A DNA stretch of 39,668 nt from Moniliella sp. 'wahieum' (lineage: Eukaryota), in NCBI GenBank assembly GCA_003971905.1, contig RSEE01000076.1, positions 310,001 to 349,668 on the forward strand, written 5' to 3'. The position numbers were made by a program, and so were the translations under genes. The notes under the pieces were generated by a model. It was not told the DNA's origin, made no database searches, and saw nothing but the letters and a program-made list of their open reading frames with translations. Below, in pieces: positions 11,026-26,629 of this stretch. Every line of letters starts with the position of its first letter. The first letter of the stretch is position 1.

Positions 11026-14000
11026 ATGCCAACGCCCGCCCGCCGCGGCCCCGCCACACCCCGCGCCCAGCGCCCCCTTCGCGTCCAGATCGTACGCGCT
11101 CAAAACCTCGCCGCCCGCGACACGAATGGCAAGAGCGACCCCTACGTCGTCCTCTCCATTCCTGGCATATCCTCCAAGCGGCCGCACCCCCGTCAAGAAG
11201 AAGACCCTCAACCCCGTTTGGTCCCCAGCGAAGGCACCTTTGACTTGACATTGACCCTTCCTGGTTCGGCCTTCCTACCACCACCTCTTCAGTCTCGCCC
11301 AGGCGCTCGTTTCGTCCTTTGCACAGCGCTGTCTCTCACCTGCGTCTCCACTCCAAGGCGCCTGCGCCATCCGAATCGCCCGATGCGGCCCCGGCTCCCT
11401 CGCTGGACGAGGCTGCTGGTGCCTCGGACGTAACTACGACGAGACAGTGCGATGGCACATGCGCTCGAATTTGTCCTGTGGGACTTTGACCGCTTTTCCG
11501 CAGCTGACTACCTTGGTGAGTGCGCTCAGTGTCGACCAATGGGCTACCCCCTTGACGGCCCAGGAAAACGTACCTCGATCGCCTGGGCCGATTCACAACC
11601 GGTCGTGTTGCCCCTGAGCTCGATGCGCAAGTTTCAAGGTGTGAAGCGACCTGGTAGTCAAGGTGGGCTTCCTCCACCTATCAGTCCCGGTCCCGATTCC
11701 GAGCCAGGGGCTTCGGAGCACCATTAACTGAGAAGCAAGCGGGACCTTGAAACGCTATATCATCGCCTTGTTTGTCGTCAAGGTGCCATGAGTGCCGTGC
11801 GGGGTGTGCCAGCGGACCGAACCATTGGAATGACCGATGGCGATGAGGCGTACATCTTGGATATGGAAGACAATCTCGAGGCTGAAGGAGGAAGTGGAGG
11901 ACGATGGTTGGACCAGTTCAGCGACTGGAAGTAACAACGGACCATTACCGCTCCATTGCCGGGGTACCGGAAGGAGCTACCAAGCCCTTAACGGAACTGC
12001 ATTCCACCTCGGCCGCCGGTGAACAGCGCATTCCTTCTCTCCTCGCGCTAAGTCCAAGTCGAGAATTTTGCCCCGGATACGCCAAAAGTCTTCTGCGTCT
12101 TCCTTTTCTTCGACCCGGCAGGGGGGCCGAGAGTGGGACGGAATCAGGCGATCAAGCGCTCGACACGACGCCGTGTGCCCCTCCTTCCCTCCCACACACC
12201 TCGCCGGCCAACAGGACTCGCGCCGCATTGGCCTATGCCCAACGTCACGGCTCCACGAACTCTTTGGGTGGCCTTAATTGAGATCAAGTCCGCTTCCAAC
12301 TTGCCTCGTTGGCCCAACAGTACGTCTCTTTGCGTCTTTCTTTCGCATTCCATCTGACCCTTGTCCGCCTCACCCTCTTGTTTCTCTTCAGTGGCCAAAA
12401 CAAGCTTTGATATGGATCCGTTTACCATTGTAAGTTTCTCACGGCGAGTATTTCGCACGGCCGTCGTGCGCCACAACCTCAACCCGTCTGGAACCAAAAG
12501 ATGATGCTCCCGGTTGAGGAGCACGAGAAACAATTTACGCTCAAGCTCACGTTTTTGATTGGGACCGCCTGTCCACCCACGACGAGATTGGATCAACGTC
12601 CATATCCATGTCGGACCTGATTGCTGCACGAGAGAGCAGCTGGCATCCGAGGGTGGGACGCGGGAACCCGGAAACTGGGTGTATCCCCTCGCCATTCTCC
12701 AGCGCCAAACCGACATTTCCGCTGGGGCTCGCACGCGGTGTTAGAGCTGCATCGCAAGTCCGGGGCGAGGCAACGTCGGACGAGACCATCCGGTAGTAAT
12801 GGAAAATGAAACCTTGCACCCTTACCATTACTGCGCATTGGCAGCCGTACGCGCTGTTGCGACAACGCCTGTGTACCCGCCTGCTGCTCCACTATGACGA
12901 AACGAAAACCATGCTACCGTCGTGCTGGAGCTGGACCATGCTTGCCTCTCTCACACTCGACCGTTTCATCATCCGACACAATCCGGTCCTGGTTCACCAC
13001 GATGGAAAGAACCCAGACGAGGACGAGGAGCTGACGTTTGAGCAAGCCATCGTGCTCTCGAGCGGGCCACTCTTACCCCCTCTCTCCGCCCTGCTTTCTT
13101 CCATCCACGCCCCGGCTTTGCCTACAACAAGTTCCTGCCTCTGAGGATACCAGGAAGGCGAATTCCTCAGCCCCTCAGCTCGACTCGCCTCGCTCTTCTT
13201 CCACCGACGCCGATCGTAGCATCGCTCCAGCAGTCCGGGCGAGCGCGAAGCAGAACGGGTGATCAATTTGGCCAAATGTCCGCTGTGCGACAACAAGACT
13301 TGACGGTTGACCGAGTTTGGGATGGTGACCCACTTGGCCGTTTGCGCGTCGCGGGCTGGTCCCAAGTCGATAACTTAACCGTTCATACCTATGTGACGGA
13401 GAGCCAAGCGCAACGCAAGTGGTATACCAAGCTGGTGCGCCATGTCGCCCAAGGACATACACCTTGGGCGCCAACAATGCCAATTTGATCGTGACCGACC
13501 GGGCGACGGGGGAAATACTTGGAGCATATGGCCATCTATGTGCGGTTAGGCATTCGGCTCATGTACCAAACCCCCCGGTCTCGGATGGACGGACGACGGG
13601 CGCAGCAGTTGCTTAAAATCTCATCATCCAAGCAAGGCCGCAAATACGACGACCCTGCGTCGGTCAGGACATTGCGCCCTTTGTCGCGTTCCTAAACTCA
13701 ATCTGGACGAAATCTTGTTGCCCATGAACGAGTTCAAGACGTTTAACCAATTCTTTTATCGTAAGCTCAAGCCCGACGCACGGCCGATCGAGGACCCAGA
13801 CATCCGCTGCGCGTCGTCTCGGCCGCCGATTGTCGCATGATGTTTTTCCCCTCCTGTCCGTCCGACGCAACTCAGATCTGGATCAAAGGTCACAACTTTC
13901 CGTCCGTACCCTCTTGGCCGAGGCGGTGCCTGAGGAGGAAACGGTGCGCCAACTCGAGCAGGTAGCCTGTGCATTTTCCGGCTTGACCGCAAGATTAATC

Positions 14001-14395
14001 ATCGTTCCACATGCCTCTGACAGGCAAGATCGTCTCGGCGCAGACAGTGGGTACACATACTATACTGTCAATCCCTGGCCATTCGCTCGTCGTCGATTGA
14101 CGTGTACGGCAAAACCATCGGGTGGTGGTTCGGCTTGAGTCGCCCGACGGGTTCGGTACGTTCTACATGGTCTGTGTCGGTGCCATGATGGGGTACCACG
14201 GTCTTGACCAGTGCGGTCGGCACCACGGTTCAGCGTGGCGAGGAGCTGGGTTACTTTGCCTTTGGCGGCTCCACCGTCGTCACACTCTTTGCCCAGGGTA
14301 AGGTGATCTTCGATGCGGATTTGCTAGCCAACTCGGCCAAACCGGTAGAGACGTTGGTCAAGGTTGGCTATGGCATTGGCCGGCCAGGATGGTGA
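11026..14395 (+). CDS. PSD2: Phosphatidylserine decarboxylase 2 with C2 domains (frameshifted; intron 12320-12391)
   Basis: First C2 domain LRVQIVRAQNLAARDTNGKSDPYVV and LEFVLWDFDRFSAADYLGE. Second C2 domain IEIKSASNLPRWPN-MAKTSFDMDPF is restored by splicing GTACGT...CTGAC...CAG. FNQFFYRKLKP lies near 13742. The C-terminal GEELGYFAFGGSTVVTLF carries the GGST autocleavage motif. Confidence 0.93.
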
Positions 14396-14800
14396 GCCAT
14401 TTTCCGTTTGGTTTCCCCCATACCTGTTGTGCTCCTCTCCTTTTCCCCCTTGGGTTCACTTTTTGCCTCCTTGGCTGTTGGCCTTCGTTTTGATTTGACT
14501 CCCGCTTGCTTCTCCTGCCAACTAAGGGCGCATGCCCGCCCCCCCCCTGTTATCCCCATCTTGCTCGATTTTACCTGTAGGATTCCCGTTTCGGTGTGCA
14601 TCTGACGCGAGGAGGTTTGGAACATGCATGGAATTGTTTTTTATGTCTGTTTGGGACCATTTGTTGCGTACGGGATAGACCAGGGAGAAAAAGTATTCTT
14701 GTATGGGAGGGTGTCATCATGTCATAGCGTACACTGTTAAAGCGTTGTGCCAGATAATCGGAATTCGATTATGTATACAATAGACACGTGTACATTACAA

Positions 14801-14901
14801 GGCAACGTGCCCGAGCGGTTAAGGGGATTGATTCGAACGTTCATACGTGATCTGATATCAATTAGGCTTTGCCTGCACAGGTTCGAGTCCTGTCGTTGTC
14901 G
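14801..14901 (+). tRNA. tRNA-Ser(CGA) with 19-nt intron 14838-14856
   Basis: Acceptor stem GGCAACG/CGTTGTC with discriminator G; D arm CCGAGCGGTTAAGG; anticodon stem ATTGA/TCAAT with CGA at 14834-14836; intron one base 3' of the anticodon; long variable arm AGGCTTTGCCT; T loop GTTCGAGTC. Confidence 0.95.
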
Positions 14902-14902
14902 G

Positions 14903-14920
14903 TTTTTTTGCTTTTTTTTT
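14903..14920 (+). terminator. RNA polymerase III oligo-T terminator
   Basis: Two T runs immediately 3' of the tRNA. Confidence 0.8.
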
Positions 14921-15334
14921 GCTTCGCATCCACTACATGCCCCGCTTCCAGCTCCTACGCTCCTCACGTAGATGTTAATCGTGCCAAGCTTTCTACTACG
15001 ACTCAAGGTAGCGACTGAGCATGGGAGAACTGGGAACAGGTCACACCGAAGCCACCCCTACTGCGGCATTCCTTCCTTCCTGGGCTGCTGAGGGAGGGGC
15101 AATGGGGTCAATTGGGGGTGAAAAGGTGGTACGGTTGTGCCTGTGGCATGAAGGTGTGTTTCCTACACCAGTACAAATACGCTGGCGGCTCCTTCAAGCA
15201 ACCATTCACGACTCCCCCTCCAGCCCGCGAAGGAAGAACCTAGTAGCTGATATGGGCACTGATCATTAGATTATGGGCATGGACAGGATGGGAGACAACA
15301 CAGTAACGGGTTCTCCGAACCTAATGAAGCTAAG

Positions 15335-18300
15335 CTACGCTAAAGCGATGCTAGGCTCAGAGCTGGGCCCAAGGCCGACGTGATTGGTAGCCACCATGCG
15401 CTCAAACAAGGCAAAAGTGGCGTCGAACGCAGCTTCCTGGGCTGCGTGCGTTCCAGGGCATGATCCGCACCGGGAAAACAAAGCAGCGAAACATCGGCGC
15501 CGCGTTGTCGCAACGCATGGTACAACAACTTGCTTTGTGCCGGAGGTACCCGTTGGTCTGCTTCTCCCATCAGCAGCAGCACAGGGTCCTGGATCTTGTG
15601 CGCATGTATGATGGGGATGCATCGCGCATCACTTTCATCGCCTCCAGCGAGACGGCCTCCGGCGGCGTTCCAAAGGGGTAGGCGGCATCCACCACGGCAT
15701 AGCACCAGTCGGGATGTCGGTCGTGTGCACCATGGCGGCAATGTCGATTACGGGGTTGCGCAACGAGGCCGCGCGGAACTTGCCAGGGTACTGGCCCAAC
15801 AAGTGCGCCCCGATGAACCCGCCATGCGAGCCGCCCGAGACAAGACCAAGTTGGGATCGATGCGCACCAGCCGTTTGTCCAGCATTGGTCCAGCACAGCC
15901 GCCACACAATCCTTCACGTCCAAATCGCCCACCCTGCCCATCAGCCGATGCACAACGCATCCGTTTTGCCCACACTACCGGTATAGTTGGGCATGATCAC
16001 TTGGTACCCCAGCAGCGCCCATGTCGCCCGTGCCGCGTCGAACGCATAGGGGGTACTAGTGGGGACCACCGTGGGGAACAGAATGGTAGGAGGCGCGTTG
16101 GCGGCCGTTGTAGGCGCCCCATTGGCCGATCCGGGAGGGGCGGTGATGCCCCGCCTAACGAGAGAAAGGGAAGAAGATCGGTCGCGTCCGCCACCGGCTT
16201 GCGCATGGAACGGAGCCAAGACGACCGCATCGCAGTTGTTATCGACACCGAGGCCAGTGTGGGTGTGGGCAGCAAGCGGAGCACATCTTGACCAACACGC
16301 TCGCCTTGGAGTCCCTCAAGGAATCCCACACTGTCGAACCTCGTGCCGTCGGAACGCAGCAAAACGCGTCCCGACCGGGCGCAATGGTAAAGATGCCGAG
16401 CAGCGGAGGGATGGTGGGTGAGGTCGTAGCAAAGGCAGCCGACTTGGCCATTCGTTGCCAACAGCGTGGCAGAGGGCAAAATTCAGCTTCAAACTGCATC
16501 TGCCCTTCGGCATCTTGACCCATCCGGATCGCATAAAACCCAGTCTCGGAGCCCACAAAGCCATTGATCAACAACAAGTCGTCGTCTGTAATCTCCCGCG
16601 CGGCCCGATCCGAACGCTCCCGACCATCGACAAGAACGGTCTGTCGATCGCGCCTCGACAAAGAATTGCTGCGCCCCTCCGGCAGGGAGCGTATCCAGGT
16701 CCAGCTCCGGTGTCACTGGGGCGGAGAACCAGCTCCGCTTCCGCCTGCGAGGTGCCTGGGCCCAAGCCTTGCGAACCGGCACGAGCGGAGGCAAGGAACC
16801 GGAAAGGCAACCAAGAGGTCATGCTGGAAGAGCGGATCAACGGGATCGGTCGTCTGGGCATGGTGGGAGAGTTGTCGTCCGCGGTCCCCAGCGGTACATG
16901 CGCACTAGGCACCGCAAAAAGTCCGCAGAGCGATGAGGTCCTTCGCGCGCAGTGCCGATGGTGTAAATCTGTTGCTGCCCCACTACCAGGCCATCGCATC
17001 GACCCGGTACCCGGTACGGATGCAAGGCCGCCGCCACGCATACAGTTTCCCATCCACCACTCTTGCCCGTCGTGCTGATCTTAGTTTGGTTCGCCGTCAG
17101 GTTGCGCCACTTGAATTGGGTTGCAGCGTTGCAATCCGAAGCATAGGTCAACAAATACACGTCCGACGGACGGTTGCTGCAGTAGATCACGCCAAGTCGG
17201 TTGCCATTGCCCAAGGATGATAGCCCGTCGCACAACGCCTTGAAAAGCCTTGCTCTCCCCCTCGATCGCTGCCAAGAGGGAAGCTTGGGCAAAGATCACG
17301 TTCTGCAGCTCCGCGGGCGCCGAGGCAGGAGCACCACCGGTACCACCCGACCTTTGGGCAGTGGTAGTGATCACGCTGGTAATATCATTGGGCGGGGGGT
17401 TTCAGACCATTTGAAGCGGTAGATGGTGGGCCGTTTGAGGCCACGCCCTTTTTCGCCCAAAGAGGGGAGGTAATCGTATTTGTGGCCGTCGGGAGCATTG
17501 GCCTCGGCACTGTAATCAAAGTGGAGGTGGTGCCATCAATGTCGAGGGTTCCGTATGTTTCTGAGCCAGATGATGAAGGTTAGTTGACGGTGTAGGGTGA
17601 ATGTGGAGCACAGAAAAAAAGATGAGAGCAACGTACCATCCGTGATAAATTCCCCATGGAGATCTGTAACGTCTGACGCAAACCAGCACCGCCCCGGCCA
17701 GACCTCCCACCACGCGCCGGCCCGAGGCCGAGCGAAGGACAACCTTACGGCCGGTCGCAATGCACCGACGCTCAGCTGCACCGTGTCAGAGAGGGCAGGA
17801 ACGGGGGTGACCGCATGTAGCGTCACGGTCGACGGCAGTAACAACAGGTTCCGTCCTCAAAGAGCTCGTAGGTAAGAGGCACTACGACGCGGAAATGTAG
17901 TCGACGCCGCCCGGGCCAGGCAAGGCACCCGGAGGCGCGCGAGTTCGCGGGAACGGAGGGTCATGCGAACTGGGCAGCGCGTGGTCGAACACTGGCAGCG
18001 TGGCGTGTACCGGAGAGGGGCGCGGCGGGGATGAAGGAGACATTGCTGATCTTGGGGATGGAGGGCTAGGACGGAATGGATGCGATTGCCACCGGGGGGC
18101 AGAAAGGGGGTCGTGCGAACTGCTGCTACGCGGGCTCGGAGGAGGGGCGGCGAGAGAGGGACGGCGAGAGCCAGGGTGCGAGGGGCCAGCCTGGTAGGCG
18201 GCAGGGACGATGGGGGGGGGGGTGGACATGCTGTCAGGAAGAGGCGGGTGGTGGGGGCAAGGAAGGAGAGGAAGGGGCCGGTGGAAGGCCGCATGGTCAT

Positions 18301-18360
18301 GAAGCGTGCCGGACGAGGCTGCTCGGCCGAGCGCCGCGCGACATCCGATATATTCGACAT
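15335..18360 (-). CDS. Acylaminoacyl peptidase / prolyl oligopeptidase family S9 (APEH-like; frameshifted; intron 17561-17636)
   Basis: Nucleophile motif GGSHGGFIGAHLLGQYP (~15818-15835), RNPVID, catalytic Asp in ADQRVP and His in ADHALE, plus MPNYTGS and GDLDVKDC. Splicing GTACGT...CTAAC...CAG joins HGEFITD-ETYG. The start is uncertain (18360 or ~18229). Confidence 0.88.
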
Positions 18361-20572
18361 GGCACAATGGCAAGCTGGCTGTGCGCTGCTGTGCGCTGCT
18401 GTGCCCTGGCCAATATCCAATCCCCAACCCAGCCAACGGAGGCTGCGACGGCGGCTGACCTGCTCGAGTAGAAGGAAGCGGAGCCGGTCGCAGGTGACTA
18501 GCTTGAAGCTTGACTTTCAAAGGGGTGAGGGTGATGCGCACGAGTACCCGTACCCTGGATAGGCGAAGATACACCCCAACACCGCCCCCGCGCCTGCACC
18601 AAACAAACAAATCGGTTGCATAATCGCACCAGACTGAGCATACAGATCCTGTGAAATATGACCGTGATACCGCTTACTCTCGCCCCACTTATAATCGTGT
18701 GTCCGTCCTATCACACCCTATCCCATCCTATCCCCCACCACCCACCACCGGCACCCCCACCCGCCCCCACCCTCTCCACCAACACCCGTTGCCCGGAACC
18801 TGGCACCCGGCATCCTCCGCCTCCCTCCACATGCTCCACAGACAGCGGTACCTGTGACACAGAAGCAACCATCGAATATCCATTGCCGGGACCTGACACC
18901 AACGACCAATGCCCACAACGGTCATACCTATTTCCACATCCACACGATGGATGTCATGACTTCGGTGACTTTGATGACTGATCGATCATCGATGCTCGAT
19001 CATCGATCATTATCGATGACCGAAACCATCGGCTAGCGAGCTTCTCGGATTTTCTCAGTTTTAGTCCCACCGGCCAATCCACCGATCACTGATCAAGATT
19101 CCATACTCAAAACAAAACACCCTGCTTTCAGAGTCTCCCCGGAGGGTAGACTATGCCAAGTCCTCCAAGGGGCAACGTAACGCACTCACAACCTTCAAGC
19201 TTCAAGCTTTCACCGGCCTCACCACCTCTCCCTTAACTCAGTACTCACTCACCTAGCCTGTCAAATCACACCACCCTATAGGCGTCGTCTCATGCATCAA
19301 CGTGCATCAACAGAAGAGTGTGTTGTGGCTGTGCTTTTTGCATTTAGGGATGCTGCCCTGACGAGGTACGACGGGTACGTCTTGATGAGATGGACGATAC
19401 GCATCGAGCATCATGTGCATCAAACCACTTATTGATGACGACTGCTCTTCTACAAAAGAAAACTTAAGAGGAAGAATGCGTGCTATTGATGTTTTGTGAC
19501 CGAATGCCTATGCCCCGCGAAACAGCAATGAAGCATGGGAGGTCTCTCAATAGACGATAGGGATCGCTTACTGGTGACGTTAGTAGAGAGTAGCGGAGGG
19601 AGGAGGAGGGAGTGTAAGATAGGGAAGACTAAGTCACGACTGCCGACGTTTCGAGAGAAGGAGGCACGTCAGACTGGTAGACTTCCACCTGGACGAAACT
19701 AGCGGGGCTAGCTGCTGAGTGGAAGTGGTTGGGTGCGGCAGAGACCGGCTATTCTCTTGGCACGCCGCATTGGTGTCCCAACACCATATTATACCGGGTG
19801 TGTCTATTGCATTCCTCGGAATACATTCCTTTTTCCGAGACTTTTCGTACATGAGCAAACACCTCTTCGTTGCGGGCGCGAAAACACTAACGACGGCCGC
19901 CGCACCGCCCCATCGATCATTCTACACGCGATACTCGTCATATCATAAGCTGGTATCGACTATGCATCTAACTAGACTCCATAGTAACTAGGCAACACTT
20001 ATCTCACCTTCAAGCTTCATCCAGCCTCATCCACCTCATCTCGCCCCCAACCATGACACTAAGTATATGCCTGCCAGTGGCGTTCGGGTGATCGCAGCGT
20101 TCTCGTGTTTGCAGTGGTTGACAGAGAGTTGCTGTGGCACATACCCCCAGTGGTCCAGGGCAATACGAGGGGCAGTGCCTTCTTCATCTTCCCTGGGTCA
20201 CGCCCGGCAAAGCCTCATTTCCGAACCAAGTTTCCACTGGATCTCTGGTCCACATCTGTGGCTGAAGGCGCTGAAGTGAGATTATATTTTTTTAACGTGA
20301 AGACCCCGATTGTAAGCAGAGACACAAAAGAGCCACGGAAATGACCAAGTTCGACGTAGAGCAAACGTCCGACAGGGAGGAAAAATCCATTGAGTATAGC
20401 TCACACGGCCTCCCTGCAGAAACAATTCCTTCAATGTCGGGGAGTACGTCCCAGGCGACGATTGAGGACACCGCCAGATTAACTAGCGGACAAACAAAAT
20501 GCGGCTAGAACAGCAGCAGATGGGTACTAGCTAGGAGGTATCATATCATAGTACAGTGCGTGACAGATTCCA

Positions 20573-21318
20573 TCAATCGATCATCTTCGCTACCGCGGCC
20601 CGCAACCGCTGCTCAAAGACATCTTCCAAAAACTGGCCATTGGAGGCAAACCATTCGCCCAGATGGCCCAGCGCAAACGGTTGTTCGGCCTGCTTCAAAA
20701 GTGTTTTGCCCCCATTAGAAGTGCGCGCATACTTCATCCGGAGCGAATAGACAGGCGGGACGCAAATGGGTTTGCCCCCCTCTTTGGATGGAGGCAGCAA
20801 GGTAGGAGGCGGAGGGGCACGGCACTGACAGTCAAACGCTCGGTAAGAATGATTCCGTGCTGGGAAGCCCGGCGGCGCGCAACCAAAAGCGCATCGCGCT
20901 CGTACCAGGTAAGGAGCTGCTGTACGACTGCAGAGGCGATGTATACGCCGACTGCCAGCAGATTGGGCGTCTTCTTTTCGGCTAGGCTCAAGGGAGACAA
21001 GTAGGACCAAATGCTGACGCCGATTAGGAGAAAGGCAGAAAGGTAACCCAGAACGAGCTTCGTATCGCCAATAACATGGGAACCTGCCCAGGGGGCCTGA
21101 ACCTGAGACGAGACTGATTCACTGTCGCCATCAGAGTCAGTGTCGCCGACGGTGGACCTGGGGTTCGACGCGGGGGTCAAAGAGCCACTCCCGGGTGAGG
21201 TGGGCTGGGCGGCACCAGGCGCGCGGGACAAGATGCGCTCCACTGCCCCATCACAGGTGTACTTGAGGTCAGGGAGGCTGGAAACATCGACGAAGGTGGC
21301 CTCGGCGGTGTCGGCCAT
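20573..21318 (-). CDS. SPC2: Signal peptidase complex subunit 2 (SPC25 family; frameshifted)
   Basis: MADTAEATFVDVSSLPDLKYTCDGAV, SHVIGDTKLVLGY, two hydrophobic segments, PVYSLRMKY and C-terminal GEWFASNGQFLEDVFEQRL. Confidence 0.85.
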
Positions 21319-21676
21319 AGCGCAGGAGACACAGCGGTAGGTGGCGAGGGTGCAGGCGCACACGAGATGGGATGGGCAAGGGAGCTGGCTGGCTTCCACG
21401 TGAGCGTCCTGGAGGATGGTCGGTGACGGGTGATCATCGATCATCGGATGCCCACAAGCGGGCGGCCGCTTCAAATGGCCCAGACATTTGAACTGTTCAG
21501 GGGCAGCAATTGAACATTGAATGCTGAGTCAGCTGAGCTGAGCGCTGATGCACTGGTGGTGATTCTGCCACATTTCAGTCCAGGTTCGCCGCATCCCAGG
21601 CTGGACACAATGCTGGGCTGCTCGCCGCCATGGCCAAACTTCTCGAGCGCCACCGTTGCCACCGCCTCGCCTGAGA
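21319..21676. promoter_or_regulatory. Probable bidirectional promoter between SPC2 and SSL2
   Basis: Divergent start codons about 360 bp apart. Inferred from gene arrangement only. Confidence 0.5.
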
Positions 21677-24208
<2,532 letters not shown>

Positions 24209-24770
24209 ACTAGTCCCCCCTCAAGTTTCGCCTTTCACACCTCATATCTATCAAGGTCATCCATCTGTTTCTCTTGTTCGTTCGCAGGCACCAAAATGAT
24301 CACTGAAGGTTGATCAAAGCACGGTGCATTACCCCATCAGAAAAGTCGGGCGACGTGTGAGGGGGGAGATGAGCATAGTGATGAAACTATAAATATACAT
24401 GGTGGTGTTGGTGTTGAACGCTTTTGTGGCCGTTGAGGCACAGGGAGGGGGAAGGTGAGAATGGGAGCTAGATGAGAGTTGGATGGAGAGAGGGCCAAAG
24501 TGTTGAACAAAAATGCAAGACGTTGAGTTATTACATGGTCGTGTCGTATCACCGGGGGGAGCCGGAGAAGCATGGGAGAAAAAGCGGGTCCGTGCCAAAT
24601 GTTGGGGGAATCTAGGCGGGCGGGCAAGGAAGAGGGCATGGAGGATGCAAGGTGGGGCGGGCACGTGTTGGAGGCTCGGAGCATGGGATAGGATACAGCG
24701 CTTGTTGGAGACGCTTGTCCCTTGGCAGGACCGGTCGAAGCAGAGGGACACTTGGTGGAAGAGCATAGGA

Positions 24771-26629
24771 TCAAGCTTGGGTGCTAGCCGAAGAGGGCTC
24801 CTCAGTACCAGATGGGCTCAGCTCGAGCAAAGGCAGATTGTCCTTTTGGGCGAGATCAAAGAAGGGCTGGAAGATGGCATCTTTCGCCTTGTAGTCGTTG
24901 TACACAATGTTAACGAGGAAAAGATCGTCAAACGTTTCCTGTACCGCCTGACGTTCGGCCGATTGGGGGGGGTAGATCATCGCCCAGGCGCGGGCCAGTT
25001 GGTACGCCTCATCCTTCCACGCCAAAAACGAGATGCTCTCAACGATTGTTGGCTGCACATCTCGGCATGGGGGAACACACCCCAAGTGACAGCATTGGGC
25101 GACTCGGAGTACACATTGGTGCGCATGTCACCCGCCTGGTTGACGGCGTGGTACGTAATCTGCGGATCGGCCTCGATCCGCGTCAAAAGGGCATCTAGCA
25201 GCGGAGCGCGAACAAAGAACTCGAGGTAGGCTTTCTGGTACACGTACCCCCCTTTGGGACCCCAGCCAAAGGTAGGGTCATCCGAACGCGCTCCATCGAC
25301 CGAAGGCTGAGAGTTGATCGTGAGGAAGCCAAGTTGGTTGAGCTTAACGTGTTGTTCTGAAATGACCTTCGACTCCTTGGCGATCGCCGTCTCCGACCAA
25401 GGCAAGGCAGGAATCTTGCCCTGGCAAAAGTCGATAAAGACTCGCTGGATGTCAGCGTAAGACTTGGGGTGATTCCATGCCTTGAATGCCTTATCCCCCA
25501 GGAGAGGAAGTTGAATGCCATAGGCGTCAACATCGCCGTAGGCCGGTGAGCGAGCATCGCCCCAACGGCCGTTGGGAATTCGTCCCACGTTTCGGTCCGA
25601 CTCACGTAGCTCTTGCTCGGTTGGCCCAGAAGATGGGGCGGATGCCTTCCTCACGCCGCTTGGGGGTCAGACTGGGTGTCCACGGGATGGGACGGATCTG
25701 GGCAACATCCGGAGCAAGCGAAAGATAGTCGAGCAGCATGCGAGGACCACGCTCCAAGTTCATGGTGTACATGTGCAACGACGTGATGCCTAGGCCGGAG
25801 GCGACGATGTCTCGGCACATGTCACCTACCAATTTGTTCCAATCTCACGTACGGCTGCATCATCTTCTTTGACTTGCTCAAGAGCATCGTAGAAAATTGA
25901 GGTACCTTGGCCTGGAAGCGAGCCACGGCACGGGTAAACCCACCATAGTTCTGGATCGGCATGATGCCCGGCACAATGGGAACGGCAACCCCAGCTTTGC
26001 GCACAGCACCGACCAGCGCTTAAAGTGGCCACGTCGTAAAACATCTGAGTGAAAATGAAGTCGGCGCCAGCATCCACCTTGTCCTTGAGCCGTTGAAGCT
26101 CCTCCTCCTCGGATACATTGTCTCCGTAACCTTCGGGGAAACCGGCAACGGCAATGGAGAAGTAGTTGCCATGGGTTTGCGAATGTGACGCACAAGATCC
26201 TTGGCGTGCGAGAAACCACCGTTGGCCTCGCCATCCCATCGTCTCTTGCTGCCCTAGAGGCGGGTCACACGGAGAGCGAGAATATTGCGGCAACCGCAGC
26301 ACGCGCCGAGTTAAGGGCGCGGTCAACATCGGCCAGGGGCATGTTGGTGCAAGTGAGGTGCATGCACGTCTCAAGCCCCATGTACGAATGGACGGTATCG
26401 ACGAGCTGGAGAGTGAGGTCGTCACTGCCTTTGCGGAAGGTAATGTCGAAAACTCAGGGCCGAGCTGGCCCATGCGCTGGATACGGTCGTAGAGATTCTG
26501 CAGACCCTGGGGGGTGCGTGGCGGGAAATACTCAAAGGACCAGGCGATCCGATTCTCGCGCTGGGCAGCGGCAAGCTTGTCGGTGATGCGCCAGCTTGAC
26601 GAGCCAGGAGGGGGCGATGTTGACAGCAT
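24771..26629 (-). CDS. MET13: Methylenetetrahydrofolate reductase (MTHFR, Met13-like; frameshifted)
   Basis: SFEYFPPRTPQGLQNLYDRIQRM, IAVAGFPEG, KDKVDAGADFIFTQMFYD, PIVPGIMPIQNY, RPIFWANR, WDEFPNGRWGDARSPAYG (split by a frameshift), TINSQP, GWGPKGGYVYQKAYLEFF, NAVTWGVFP, SFLAWKDEAY. Confidence 0.95.

Noticed and set aside
24513..25229. 238-aa plus-strand ORF and similar long antisense ORFs (27351, 34458, 37331)
   Set aside because: They are shadow ORFs opposite recognisable or better-supported genes in GC-rich DNA.
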